DNA of 64,000 nucleotides from an uncultured Gemmatimonadales bacterium (GTDB lineage Bacteria; Gemmatimonadota; Gemmatimonadetes; Longimicrobiales; Longimicrobiaceae): NCBI GenBank assembly GCA_963716255.1, contig OY970303.1, positions 4,896,001 to 4,960,000 of the forward strand, read 5' to 3'. Shown piece by piece: positions 29,625 to 40,800 of this stretch (position 1 is its first letter; each line of letters starts with the position of its first letter). The notes under the pieces were generated by a model. It saw only the letters and a program-made list of their open reading frames with translations, ran no database searches and was not told where the DNA came from. The position numbers and the translations under genes were made by a program.

Positions 29625-31343
29625 CTACTGGTGCCGGGTCGAACGCCCGCCGTTGGCGTAGCGCTCCATGAAGCGGCGCTCGCTCGCCGTCGTACCGATC
29701 AGGATCAGCTCGGCACCGGGGCCGCCCGGGATGGGCATGTCCGCGGGGGGATTCACCACTCTGCGCCCGTCCTCCTCGATCGCGATGACGCTGCACCCGG
29801 TCTCGTCGCGGATGGAGGTCCCGCCCAGCGAGCGCCCGACCAGGTCGGCCGGAACCGGCGTCCGGAAGATGTCCAGGCCCTCCGCCAGCATCACCACGTC
29901 GCCCTTCTCCAGCACGTTGTAGATCGCGTTCGCCCCCATCGAGGCGTACGACAGCACGAAGTCCGCGCCGGCCAGGTGAAGGGTCGAGACGTTCCGCTCC
30001 AGGGTGGAACGGCTGATGATCTGGATGTCCGGACGCAGACGGCGGCAGTACACCGTCAGGTACATGTTCGTGGCGTCGTCGTTGGTGGTGACGATGACGG
30101 TCCCCGCCTCCTCGATCCCCGCCCGCTCCAGGCAGTCCCGATCCGCGGCGGACCCGTGGACGTAGGTGGCCGGATCCCGGATCAGTTCCTTCCTCTGTTC
30201 CAGGATCCGGTACGGGATCTCCCGCTCGGCAAGGCCACGGGCCGCCGCACGGCCGACCCGCCCGCCCCCGATCACGAGTGCCGGGGCGTCGGAGGCGCTG
30301 TAGATCACCATCAACTCGGCGAAGCGTCCCAGCTGCTCTTCCGTTCCGGCGAGCACGAGCACCGTGTTCGCCCGGATCGGCGTCTCCGGCAGGGGAACCT
30401 CGAAGCTGCCGCGCTCCCAGACTCCGACCACCGTCATGCCCGTGACCTCGCGGAGCCGGCTCTGCGCGATCGTCCGGCCGATCAGCGGGGTGCCGGTCGC
30501 GGGGGCCTCCGCGATCACCAGGTCCCCGAAGCGGCCGATGACGTTCGCGCGCACGTCCCCGCCCAGGGTACGCCGGGCGAGCGCCCGGCCCAGCATCTCC
30601 GGGAGGTGAAGCACCTGCGTGGCCCCCGCGAGCGCCAGGATGTCCACGGAGTCCTTGGCGCGCGCGATGGCGACGACCGGCACGCGCGCATTCAGCTCGC
30701 GGACCGTGAACGCGATGTTCGTGTTCAGGTAGTCGTCGCCGGTCAGGACGACCAGGGCGGCGTCCTCGACGTGCAGGTCCCGATAGCTCTCGATCTTGTC
30801 CCGGTCCCCCACGACCACGGAAACACCCTCGTCGTGCATCTCGAGCGCGCGGGTCAGGTCCGGCTCCAGGACGAAGTGGCGGCGCCCATGGTAGCGGAGC
30901 CGCTGGACCAGGGAGAGCGCGACGGGATCGAAGTGGGTGAGAATGACGTGTCCCCGAGTCCCTTCGGGGACCTGCCGCGGCGCCCGCATGCGCGACTGCG
31001 CCTCCAGCCAGGGAGCGTAGAAGAACTGGATGAAGGTGAAGGGGAGGACCACGAGCAGGAAGACGACGCCCGACACCAGGACCAGCATGGAGAAGGCGCG
31101 CCCCGCGTCGCTCTGGAAGGTGATGTCCCCGAAACCCAGGGTGGACATCACGGTGAGCGTCCAGTACAGGCCGGTGATCCACGAGTGCTGCTGCCCCTCC
31201 GCCGCCATCAGGAAGTGGAAGGTGATGCTGTAGACCAGCATCATCACGCCGAGGAACACCAGGAAGCGCCCGAGCGAGTGCAGGTTGCGCCGGGTGGGGC
31301 GGCTCTGGAGAAGGTAGGCGAGCTGCGCGGGGATGAACTTCAT
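29625..31343 (-). CDS. K+ channel protein with tandem TrkA_N/TrkA_C (RCK) domains
   Basis: Pore YWTLTVMSTLGFGDI, GGGRVG Rossmann motif, TrkA_C repeats. Start MKFIPAQ. Confidence 0.92.
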   Translation of the reverse strand: MKFIPAQLAYLLQSRPTRRNLHSLGRFLVFLGVMMLVYSITFHFLMAAEGQQHSWITGLYWTLTVMSTLGFGDITFQSDAGRAFSMLVLVSGVVFLLVVLPFTFIQFFYAPWLEAQSRMRAPRQVPEGTRGHVILTHFDPVALSLVQRLRYHGRRHFVLEPDLTRALEMHDEGVSVVVGDRDKIESYRDLHVEDAALVVLTGDDYLNTNIAFTVRELNARVPVVAIARAKDSVDILALAGATQVLHLPEMLGRALARRTLGGDVRANVIGRFGDLVIAEAPATGTPLIGRTIAQSRLREVTGMTVVGVWERGSFEVPLPETPIRANTVLVLAGTEEQLGRFAELMVIYSASDAPALVIGGGRVGRAAARGLAEREIPYRILEQRKELIRDPATYVHGSAADRDCLERAGIEEAGTVIVTTNDDATNMYLTVYCRRLRPDIQIISRSTLERNVSTLHLAGADFVLSYASMGANAIYNVLEKGDVVMLAEGLDIFRTPVPADLVGRSLGGTSIRDETGCSVIAIEEDGRRVVNPPADMPIPGGPGAELILIGTTASERRFMERYANGGRSTRHQ

Positions 31344-31634
31344 CGGCTCACCTCCCGCCCTGCGTCCCGGAGGCGGGCACAGCGGTCCCGGTCGCGGGGC
31401 GGAGGAACGGTCCCGGCCCCGGTTTTCCCGGGAACCCGGTGTGGAAACGAACCCTGCCGGGGTCCATTCGGTGCCTCCCACGAGGATTTCTTCTACGCCG
31501 CATCATCGGGTGCAGGTGTGCAGGCACGATTCGCAGGGGAGAGCGCGACGGAGGGCGGAGGATGTCCGGCTCCCACGCCGGACGGACTGCAATGCCCGCA
31601 CCGATAGCGTGCACACTCGGCGGGAGGTTCGTGC

Positions 31635-32711
31635 TCACCCACGGACCAGCTCCCCTTCTGCGGGCGGAAGCAGCGCACGCAGGACCCCACTGCAAACTTC
31701 TGACGACCGGCTCCCCACGTCCTGCGATGCCAGCCGAAGCGCCGGCAGTGCGGCGACAGCCGACCGTGCAGCCGTGGCGACGCTCGCGGCATGCTCGTGG
31801 TGGCCGAGCCAGGCGGAGTGGAAACCGAGCTGCGCCAGGTGGTAGACCGCGTAGAACCCGTAGACCACCGGGTCCACCGCCTCCTCGTAGCCTTCCCGGA
31901 CCCATTCGAGCCAGGGTCCCCCGGCAGGCATTCCGAACAGGTCCGTGTGCATCACAGCCAGCCTCGCCAGGTCGCTTTCCCTCGGCCCCGCGTGGGCGCA
32001 CTCCAGGTCCAGCAGGCCCGTGCAGGCCACCGCGTCGCCGGTGCGCTCGCAGAGGACGTTTCCCATGTGGAGGTCGCCGTGCAGCAGCACGCCCGCCTCG
32101 TCGGCACGGCGAGCGACCTCGGGGATCATACCCAGCAGACAGTCCACCAGCGGCACGCCGTCCGGCCACCCCGCCTGTACCGCGGGCATGAGGCGGCCGC
32201 CCAGGTCCTCCGCAAGCGCCTGCGAGAGGGGCCGGGGATGCTCGGAAGCCGCCCGCAGCTCGCCATGGCCGGGGAGCCGGGTCGTGTGCGCCGTCCGCAT
32301 CAGCCGGCCAAAGCTTCGCATCGCGCCCCGCCGCTCGCCGGGGCCGAGCTCAGGCCAGAGATCCGCCAGCGTGGGCAGCTCGATCCGCCAGTACGCGTCG
32401 ATCGCGGCCCCGTCCAGCTCCGCCGGGAGATCCACCGGGCGTGGGATGGTAATGCCCGCCGCGCCGAACAGCCCGGCCGCCCGCCGCGCGGTCGCGAACC
32501 GCTCCCCGGACCAGGCGTACCGGCCGCGCTTGACGATCATCCGGCGCCCGTCTGCAAGGGTCGCCACGGCGAGGTCGTTCGAGAACTGGCCGTGGTTCAC
32601 CAGCGTGAAGGAGGGTGGCTCCGCTTCCGGGCCCACAGCGCTGCACAGGGCGGCGGACACGAGTTCCGCCGGGATCCGGGCGCCGTCGGGCTGTACGAAA
32701 TCTGGCTGCAT
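31635..32711 (-). CDS. Aminoglycoside phosphotransferase / choline kinase family protein
   Basis: IVKRG, LLHGDLHMGNVL, GLLDLE, DLARL; RBS GGAGGAGG before MQPDF. Confidence 0.85.
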   Translation of the reverse strand: MQPDFVQPDGARIPAELVSAALCSAVGPEAEPPSFTLVNHGQFSNDLAVATLADGRRMIVKRGRYAWSGERFATARRAAGLFGAAGITIPRPVDLPAELDGAAIDAYWRIELPTLADLWPELGPGERRGAMRSFGRLMRTAHTTRLPGHGELRAASEHPRPLSQALAEDLGGRLMPAVQAGWPDGVPLVDCLLGMIPEVARRADEAGVLLHGDLHMGNVLCERTGDAVACTGLLDLECAHAGPRESDLARLAVMHTDLFGMPAGGPWLEWVREGYEEAVDPVVYGFYAVYHLAQLGFHSAWLGHHEHAASVATAARSAVAALPALRLASQDVGSRSSEVCSGVLRALLPPAEGELVRG

Positions 32712-33090
32712 CGGCCTCCTCCACTCGGCTCGGTGATCGGTCGCGTTCGTCCGCGGACCATACACCCACACGGTTGGTGAGGTGGCGCAGGAGCTTGGAA
32801 TCGCTGTGGGCCGTGGGCGCGGCCTCGGCGGCCGGATGCGCTACCGGCCTCTGCGGAGGTCGGCACGATCTTCCGATCTATCGAGCAAAAGGACCGATGG
32901 TGGCCTGGAGTCCAGGGAATTCTCTGCCCAGACATTCGCCAGGCGATTCAGGCTCGCTTGGCGAATGCAGTCAGATCGGCGCTTGGGCATCGAGATCTCA
33001 CGGTTGAAATCGACGATTGCTCACTCGTTCCCCGCATCCGCCAGGCGTTGCGGGCAGGCCGTGGGGCAAGGGCATTCGGCCGGATCGGGA

Positions 33091-35865
33091 TCAGTTCGCG
33101 GCGGCGCGCAGATCCAGGTAGCGATCAATCCCGTTGATTGCGGCCTCCACCTCGCGTGGGATGCGGCTGCATCCCAAGTCGGGGAGGATCTCACGGGCGA
33201 GTGGAAGCTCGCGGCGAACGTCGTCGCTGAGCGGGTCGGTGGCCGCGACGAACCCCACGAGGTCGCCGGCTTGCAGACGCCCGCGCAATTCCGCAGTCTC
33301 CACCTTCCCGCGGGCTCGCAAGAAGGCATAGTTGCCTGCCGCATCCGAGCAGTCGCCGAGCGCAAGGCGCTCGTACGCCATCCACGCGAACGCCACCCGG
33401 TCCAGGCGGTCGAGCGCAGCCTGTAGCCCGTTCAGCCTGCCCAGGTTCAACTGCTCCGACAGCCATCGGGCAAAGCTCATCCGCAGTGGCCGGAGGATGC
33501 GGTCCGTGCGCTCCCGCAATGAGTCCGGGTTCGCGATCCCTCCCTGGTCTGGGAGAGGCCTCCACGTATGCGGCGCGGGTCGCAGTGCCGCCGCCCATCC
33601 TCCTAACTGGGTCAAGCGGGCGTTCTCCGCCGCTCTCCGCGCGCCCCGGCCGCCGTCGTTCCTGCTTTCATGAGGGCCGTTGTTGATTCCGCCGCTCCTT
33701 GAGAACGGCTCGAACCTCACCAGCAGTTCCAGCCCGTTAGGCGTTTGCCGGCTGAACGTGGGGAATCGGTAGGCGGTGTAGTTGCCGACCACGTAGGCGG
33801 TGTAGCAGGTATAGTCCCCGTCGTGCCCGCATGCGCGCCCTGACATGCTGATGCCGCCGGTCTTCGGGCCCCAATCGAAGTCGTAGTGAGCCGCGTTGTA
33901 CTTCCCGTGATACACCGCGTAGCGGGCGATCTGGAGGGGCGTCCTGCCACGCAGCGTGTCGGTTAGACTGGGGAGGTTGCGCCGGCAGGCGCGGACGGCG
34001 GCCACGTCGTCGGTGCGCAGCTCCATGGCGCAGAACCACGCCAGCGGCGACCCCGCCCCGGCGGAGTCCGCCAGCGCCAGGTATTCCTGCTCGATCTGGC
34101 GGACCTGCTCCTGCACCCGCGCCTTGGCCTGCTCGAACGCCAGCAGCCCCCCGCCGTCGGACTGCGTGGAGCGCTGGAGGGCGGCGTCGGACCAGTCGCG
34201 GTAGCTGGCCAGCTGCGCCCGAAGCGCGAGGAGGTCGGTCTTCTCGGTGGGCATGGGGTGCCGGGGATGGCGCAGCCGGAGCGCGATCAGCGGTCTGACC
34301 GCGTCGGCCACCGCCAACGGGTGCGACGCCCGCCCGAACGCGGCGCCGGATACGTCGGGGAACTCCGCCCCCGACGCGGTGCGCAGCTCCTGCACCATCA
34401 CCGGGATCATCCCCACGAAGTGGACCGCCGATCTGATGTCGATGGAGGGGAGGCTCTGGACCGTCCACGGGTGGTTCTCGTGGACGAATACCCGCCCCTT
34501 CCCGTGGATCAACCCGTAGCTGATGAAATCCGACAGGCACGAGGTGAGCCTCGCGCGGCCGGCGCGGGTGGCGGGCGCCGGCTGCTGCGTGGGGAAGAGG
34601 CGGTCGCACTCCGCCACCCGCGCCTGATGCTCGCGGCGGACGAGGTCCTGCTGGGTGTCGCGGATGGTGGTGAAGGCGCCGGTCAGCCGCGCCTCCATGG
34701 CGTTCATCTCGCGAAGCAGCGCGTGCGTCGAGGCGGCCTGGTAGTCGCGGATCTCCTCCACCCGTGCCAGCAACTCGGTGACGTTGCGGTCGATTCGGTT
34801 GACCGCCACCTGGATTTCGCGCAGCTGCCGGGAGATCTGCGCCAGCATCTTCATGATCTGCTGGTGCCGCAGCGTGCCGATGTCGGGTTTTTTGTCCATG
34901 AACGCCTGGGCGATCTTGAACCCCGCCCCGATCAGGTCACCCGTAGCCAGTAGGCTTGCCTGGCTGAACAGGTTTCCGGCCGCCATCAGGTCGCGGATCG
35001 CCTTGCTGCCGTCCAGCGCGGCGTCGCCTACGTCTTTCACCACCCTCCCTAGCTCGGGGTCCAGCAGCTTCAGCACGGTGGCGGCGCGGTGGACGTCATT
35101 GCGGCTGGCGAGCAGCCATCGGTCGCGCTCCTTCGCCGAATCGTCCCGGGGCTTCCCCTCTGCCATGGCGGGGAGAGACGCGCTGCGGACGTCGATCTTC
35201 TCCTGCTGCGCTGCCACCTCGGTCAGCACTCGGTCCACTGCCGCGCCGGCGTCGCCCACGCGGTGCGACAGGTCGGCGCGCACGACGGCGCCGTTGCTCA
35301 CCTCGCTGGCGGCGAGCTGTGCGAGGAGCGGCCCGGCGACCGGAGTGCGGGGGAGGAATGCCGCCAGCCTCGTGACCGGCTCGTCGAGGCTGGGGAGCTT
35401 TCCGCGACGGATGGCGCGGTCGAGCGTCTTCCGCCACTCGCGGTTCGCGAGGCTCTGCGTCGCCGGATCCTCGCGCAACAGCAGGTATGCGCGCTGGGCG
35501 AGGTCGTCCACCACTGCGGGTGCGTCGACGAAGCGGGTGACCCGCTCGCCTTCCTCGTCCCAACTCCGCGGATTACGCAGGAAGTCGTGGTATGTCTCGT
35601 ACAGGGACAGGACGGGATAGTACGGCCGTGCCCGCTCCGTTCGGATGCGGCCGATCGACCGAACCCAGTCACGGTTGGGGCTCACCGCGTTCTCCAGCGC
35701 CTTTTGCAGCAGATCTCGGTCTTCGCGAACGGCATCGACGAACGCCGACTTCCACAGCTCGCGGTGCGCCTCCTCCTGCGCGGCCGCATTTGTCGGCCGA
35801 GCGGCTCCCACGATCAGCAGGAGGAGACAGGATATCCAGGACACAGGAGTAGAGGCGAGGCGCAT
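33091..35865 (-). CDS. Large secreted hypothetical protein (924 aa) with central coiled coil
   Basis: Signal peptide (WISCLLLLIVGAARPTNAAAQ), long helical/coiled-coil region, Cys-containing C-terminal part. Confidence 0.7.
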   Translation of the reverse strand: MRLASTPVSWISCLLLLIVGAARPTNAAAQEEAHRELWKSAFVDAVREDRDLLQKALENAVSPNRDWVRSIGRIRTERARPYYPVLSLYETYHDFLRNPRSWDEEGERVTRFVDAPAVVDDLAQRAYLLLREDPATQSLANREWRKTLDRAIRRGKLPSLDEPVTRLAAFLPRTPVAGPLLAQLAASEVSNGAVVRADLSHRVGDAGAAVDRVLTEVAAQQEKIDVRSASLPAMAEGKPRDDSAKERDRWLLASRNDVHRAATVLKLLDPELGRVVKDVGDAALDGSKAIRDLMAAGNLFSQASLLATGDLIGAGFKIAQAFMDKKPDIGTLRHQQIMKMLAQISRQLREIQVAVNRIDRNVTELLARVEEIRDYQAASTHALLREMNAMEARLTGAFTTIRDTQQDLVRREHQARVAECDRLFPTQQPAPATRAGRARLTSCLSDFISYGLIHGKGRVFVHENHPWTVQSLPSIDIRSAVHFVGMIPVMVQELRTASGAEFPDVSGAAFGRASHPLAVADAVRPLIALRLRHPRHPMPTEKTDLLALRAQLASYRDWSDAALQRSTQSDGGGLLAFEQAKARVQEQVRQIEQEYLALADSAGAGSPLAWFCAMELRTDDVAAVRACRRNLPSLTDTLRGRTPLQIARYAVYHGKYNAAHYDFDWGPKTGGISMSGRACGHDGDYTCYTAYVVGNYTAYRFPTFSRQTPNGLELLVRFEPFSRSGGINNGPHESRNDGGRGARRAAENARLTQLGGWAAALRPAPHTWRPLPDQGGIANPDSLRERTDRILRPLRMSFARWLSEQLNLGRLNGLQAALDRLDRVAFAWMAYERLALGDCSDAAGNYAFLRARGKVETAELRGRLQAGDLVGFVAATDPLSDDVRRELPLAREILPDLGCSRIPREVEAAINGIDRYLDLRAAAN

Positions 35866-36250
35866 GTGGGCTCATGGAGTGAGGTCATACGGCAAGGGCT
35901 AACGCGTGCGGACCACAGTTAGATGACCCTCCCACGAGATTTTCCCCGGGTCATCCACGTCAGGGGGGCGCGTGCGATCCTGAATGATTGCCTGGTGATT
36001 CGTCCATCCTTGATGCAATGTGAGAGCTGTTTTTAGAAAAATTCGTCATGTGCTCGTTCATCACCCGGAGGCACCTGTCGGTGGGGATTCGCACAAGTTC
36101 CTGTCTCCCCGGAGAATATGCTCGACCGCTCCAGGCGGTCGGGGCGCCGCACTGAGCCGGGTAGAAACTTGACCGCTTTGAGATGTTTGGTTAAGCATTG
36201 AGCCTCCTCGCCCCGCACTTCCGTTCCGGGCACCCGCAGTAGATTCCCTC

Positions 36251-36276
36251 CGCACATGAGCTCCCCGATGTCCGTT
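36251..36276 (+). promoter_or_regulatory. Bipartite motif CGCACAT-N13-TCCGTT copy 1 (candidate ECF promoter)
   Basis: Exact match and identical spacing to copies 2 and 3. Confidence 0.6.
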
Positions 36277-37140
36277 CATAGCAGTACCGTTCACTCGCCC
36301 GCCCGCGGCGTCTCCGGACCCGGGCATCCGGATCCCGAGCGCCTGGCGCGGCACGACGCGATCTTCCGCGAGCTCATGCAGCTGGACGCCGCGGCGATGG
36401 TCGCCCGGATGCGCACCGCGCCCAGGGAGGAGCTGCCGGCCGAAGTCCTCGCGCGAGCGTACCACGTCCTCATCCGGGACGGAGCCGGAGACCTGGCGGA
36501 GGCGGCCATCACCCGCCTGTTCGGGAGCGGGCCGGGCGACCCGCTCGGCGGCACGGACGGGCCGGAGTACATGCGCTGGCTGCTGGTGGAGTGCCAGTAC
36601 CGGCTGCCCGCCCGGTGGTCCCGCTGGCGGGATCCGGCGGACCTTTACCAGAGCACCCTTCTCCAGATCCTCCGCAAGCTGCGCCGCCCCGGCGGTGCGA
36701 ACGCACACACGGCGTGGAAGGCGTTCTGCGGAGACCGCCTGGTCGACGCGCTGCGGGAGCGCAGCCGGAAAAAGGACCCGCCGCAGGTCGGGCTGGAAGC
36801 GCAGGATCCCGTCACCGGTGACAGCCTCAACCTGGCCGACACGGTGGAGGATTTCCCCTGGTCCGGGTCCACGGAGTCGGATCTGGAGGAAGGGCTGATG
36901 GCGCACATGCGCGCCAGGATGGAAGCCGTGGAGGACTCCCGGGTTCGTGAGATCGGCCTGGACCAGTTCTTCGGAGACCCGTCGCCGGTCGACGAGAGGA
37001 AGGACCCCTCGGATCCACGGGTGCCGCTCACGGAGCGCTACGGCCTGGACCGCTTCCAGGTCTTCCGCCTGAAGAAGAAAGCCAAGAAGGTGCTGCGGGA
37101 CGCCTTCGACGAGTGGACGGACATGCCCCCCCGGCCGTGA
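36256..37140 (+). CDS. Divergent ECF-type sigma-70 factor-like protein
   Basis: Region-2-like DPADLYQSTLLQILRKL...WKAFCGDRLVDALRERSRK and region-4-like HTH LTERYGLDRFQVFRLKKKAKKVLR. True start may be downstream (e.g. 36376). Confidence 0.65.
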   Translation: MSSPMSVHSSTVHSPARGVSGPGHPDPERLARHDAIFRELMQLDAAAMVARMRTAPREELPAEVLARAYHVLIRDGAGDLAEAAITRLFGSGPGDPLGGTDGPEYMRWLLVECQYRLPARWSRWRDPADLYQSTLLQILRKLRRPGGANAHTAWKAFCGDRLVDALRERSRKKDPPQVGLEAQDPVTGDSLNLADTVEDFPWSGSTESDLEEGLMAHMRARMEAVEDSRVREIGLDQFFGDPSPVDERKDPSDPRVPLTERYGLDRFQVFRLKKKAKKVLRDAFDEWTDMPPRP

Positions 37141-37184
37141 GCCGCCGGAAAACCCTCACGAGCCACACACCAAGGAGAAGCATC

Positions 37185-37826
37185 ATGCCGTCTGCACACG
37201 ACCGCTCCCTGCACGCGCTGTTCGCGCAGATCGAGACCGCGTGGGAGGAGCGCGGGGACGCCCGGCTCGTCGACCGGCTGGCCGCCGAGCACCCGGAGCA
37301 CGCCGAGGAGCTGTACTCGTTTTTCGATGCGATCACCGCCGGGAACGAAGAGCTTCCGCCCGGAGCGGGCGAGGCCGCCGTCCGGAACACCCTGGCCTGG
37401 CTGAAGGAGGAGCACGAGGCGGGGCTCGCGGAGCTGGGCGCCGCCGGCGGGGGCGGGCTGTCGCCGCCCCTCGACCTGATGGGGCTGCTGGTCGAAGCGT
37501 CGGGGAAGGATCCCCTGGAGATCGTCGAGGCCATGGAGGACGCCCCGCTGGAGCTGCTCGACGTGTTCACCCGGTACCCGCAGCTCGTCAGGCCCGGTGC
37601 CCGCCGCGCGCTGGCGGCCCGCGCCTACCGGGGGCTGGACATCGCCCCATACCGCGTCCTGCGCAAGTTCGACGAGTCGGCGGACTTCGCCCGTGCCGCC
37701 TCGCGTCAGGGCGGCTACGGTCCTCCTCCTGAGAGCTACGAGGACCTGCTGGACCTCGCGGACCTTCCACCGGAGCTGCGCAGTCTCTGGCTCCAGAACG
37801 GCGCCGAGGCGGAGGAAATCGCGTGA
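37185..37826 (+). CDS. Hypothetical acidic helical protein, candidate anti-sigma / peptidase substrate
   Basis: RBS AAGGAG; N-terminal LVDRLAAEHPEHAEELYSFF; sits between the sigma and peptidase genes, GTGA-coupled to the latter. Confidence 0.6.
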   Translation: MPSAHDRSLHALFAQIETAWEERGDARLVDRLAAEHPEHAEELYSFFDAITAGNEELPPGAGEAAVRNTLAWLKEEHEAGLAELGAAGGGGLSPPLDLMGLLVEASGKDPLEIVEAMEDAPLELLDVFTRYPQLVRPGARRALAARAYRGLDIAPYRVLRKFDESADFARAASRQGGYGPPPESYEDLLDLADLPPELRSLWLQNGAEAEEIA

Positions 37827-40800
37827 GGAGCCTTGAGCATGCCCGCGCGCGGGCGCGCGCGGTCCGGACGGAGGTGGGCACCGAGTCCCCTGGGCTCCTG
37901 GAGCGGACCACGGCGTACATCCGCCAGAAGCACCGCAAGATCCTCGCTCCGCTTGCGCCGACCACGATGCAGCGGAGCCGGGCGGAAGTGAAGCTCGGCA
38001 GTCCGCTCCTCCGGTACGACAAGGAGCTGGACACCACGCCCGAAGAGAAGCTGTTCGTGGTGGCCCACGAGCTTGGCCACCTCGAGCTGCACGACCGTCT
38101 CTCGGACCCGTCCATTCCGCCGGACCCGCTGCTCGCGTCGGCGTACATGGGTTCCGGCGCCCCGGGCGTTGCCCGCTACAGCGAGAAGGCAAAGGAAGAG
38201 GCCGAGGCGAACTCCTTCGCAACGGAGTTCCTCTGCCCCACCGCGGAGGTGCTGGCGGAATGGCTGGAGGGCGAGGCTCCGGCCGGGATCGCGGAGCGAC
38301 GCGGGATCCCGCTCCGGCTGGTGCAGGCGCAGCTCGCCGAGGCGCTCTTCGGCCTCGGAGCGGCTGCCGGCGCGCCGCCGGCGCGCGGGCCCGAGCGGGA
38401 GCCCACCGAGGCGCAGAAGGCCGCGGCCCGGGACTTCGGCAGGGCGGTGCTGGTCACCGCGGGTCCGGGCACCGGGAAGAGCCGCACGCTGGTGCTCCGG
38501 ATCGAGCTGCTGCTGGAGCGCGGGGACGTCCGTCCGAGCGACATCCTGGTGCTCACGTTCAGCAACGAGGCCGCCGAGGAGCTGCGGGCGCGGGTCTCGG
38601 CGCGGTTCACGCCGGAGATCGCGGACAAGATCGAGATCTGCACCTTCCACACGTGGGGGTACGTCTTCCTGCACCACTTCCGCAAGGAAGCGGGACTCGA
38701 CGGCGAGGGCGAGCTCGTCCTCCTGGACGACGCGGCCCGCGCGGAGCTGGTCGGGCACGTGCTCTCGGCCGCGGACGCCGACGCCATCCTCGACCTCAAG
38801 GATCCGGACAAGACGGCCGCGAAGGCCGCGGACTACATCGGGTACCTGAAGGACCGGCTCTGGACGCCCGACGACCTGGCGGCGCGGCTGGACGAGTGGA
38901 CCCCCGCGGAGGGGGAGGCGGACACGCGCGCGGAGGCGCGGGCCCTCCTGTCCGTGTACCGCGCCTACGAGGGGGAGCGGAAGCGCCGGGGCGCCGTGGA
39001 CTTCGGCGACCTCATCCTGCTCCCGGTGCAGATCCTGAGAGGGAGCCAGGACCTGCGGGACAGGGTGGCGGCGAAGCACCGGTGGGTGCTGGTGGACGAG
39101 TACCAGGACGTGAGCCGCGCCGTGGCGGAGCTGCTGATCCAGATCTGCGGACCCGACAACCTTCCCTGGGTCGTGGGCGACAAGCGCCAGGCCATCTACC
39201 GGTTCAGGGGCGCGAACCCGGAGAACGTGGACCAGTTCGGAACCGACGACTTCCCGAAGGCGTTCACGCACGAGCTGGACGTCAACTTCCGCTCGGGGGA
39301 GGCGGTGGTGAGCGCCGCCAACCACCTGGCGGCGCTGCTGGACGACCCGGAGTTCGAAGGGGAGGCGCCGGCGCTCTGGCGGGCCAGCCGCGACCTGCCG
39401 CCGGTGGCCGCGCCGGCGGTGGCCATCGCCGCCGCGAACTCCGACACCGCCGAGCGGCAGGGGATCGCGGGGCAGGTGAAGGCCTGGGTGGACGCGGGGG
39501 TGCCGAAGTCCGACATCGCCGTCCTCGCGCGCCGCAACATCGACGTGCGCCAGGTCGCGCTCGCCCTGAACCGGATGGGGGTACGCGCCGTCACCAGCGG
39601 GGTGGTCACCGCGGAAGGCGCCGCCGGCGACCTCGCCGCGGTGATCGCTCTCCCGGATGCCCCGCGCGCGGCCCTGCCGCGGCTGGCCTACGCGCTGTTC
39701 CGCGGGTCCGTGCCGCCTGCAGCGCTGAACGCGGCCATCCGGCACATGATCGACGGGATGGACGCGCGCGGCCGCTTCGAGGTGCGTGCGGTGCCCGGCG
39801 CCGACGGCGTGGTGGAGGAGATGGCCCGCCTGCAGGCGGTGCTGGAGCCTCTTACCTTCGAGCACGACGGGTGGGAAGTGCTGTGCGCCTTCCTCTTCGG
39901 GCACGAGCGATACCTGCGCGACCTGGTGCGGCGGGCGGACGACCCTGAGGCGGCGCTCGCCATCGAGGAGATCGTGACCGTGCTGGCCGCGGCCGCGGCC
40001 CACCGGTACACCCATCCCAGGGTCCAGCCCCGCACCTCGCGCATCGGCTTCGGCCAGCGCCTGCGCTCCATGCTGGCGCAGGCCACGCCCGCGGTCACGC
40101 CCCCGCCGCCGAAGCGGGACGCGGTGCGGGTGATGACCTGCCACGCGTCCAAGGGACTCGAGTTCCCCTACGTCGTGGTCGCCGGGCAGACGCTCTCGGC
40201 GATGCGGGGAGACGACACCTGGCTGCCCCCCGGCATGTGCCGGGACCCGGAGGACGACGCCCACCAGGCGGATTCGCTGCTCTTCGTGGGGCTCACCCGC
40301 GCGGAGCGGGCGGTGGTCGTCTCCTACGCGAGCAGCGCGAGCGGCACCACCCAGGCCCGTCACCAGCGGAACCGTCCGCTGCTCCTGGAGCGGTGGGCCG
40401 AGCGGTCCGGGGTGCGCCGGCTCGACTGGACAGCGGAGCGGGCGGAGAAGGAGTCTTTCAGCGCCACTGGGCTGTGGGGGGGCGTGTACCCCCGGCTGGT
40501 CTCCGCGTACGTGGTGTCCGGGGCCGGGTGTGCCATCCGCACCTACCTGCAGGAGAGCCTGGGTGCGGAGTTCCCGACCGCCAGCACGTCGCTCTGGCCG
40601 GCGTACGTCGGCATCACCCGCCGGACCATGCAGGGCATCGTGCGGGCGGCGAACGCCGCGGGGCGGCCGCTGTCCCCCGCGGAGGCCCTCGCGCTGCTCG
40701 ATGAGCAGTGGGCGGACATGGAGGGGCGCGAGCACCCGCTCCTTTCGCTGTACCGGCGGTACGCGGAGCGGCGGGTGAAGCGCCTCGCCGCGGCGTACAT

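Noticed and set aside
31635..32711. Antibiotic resistance gene
   Set aside because: Motifs support only the broad APH/choline kinase superfamily; no close resemblance to characterised resistance enzymes is recognisable.
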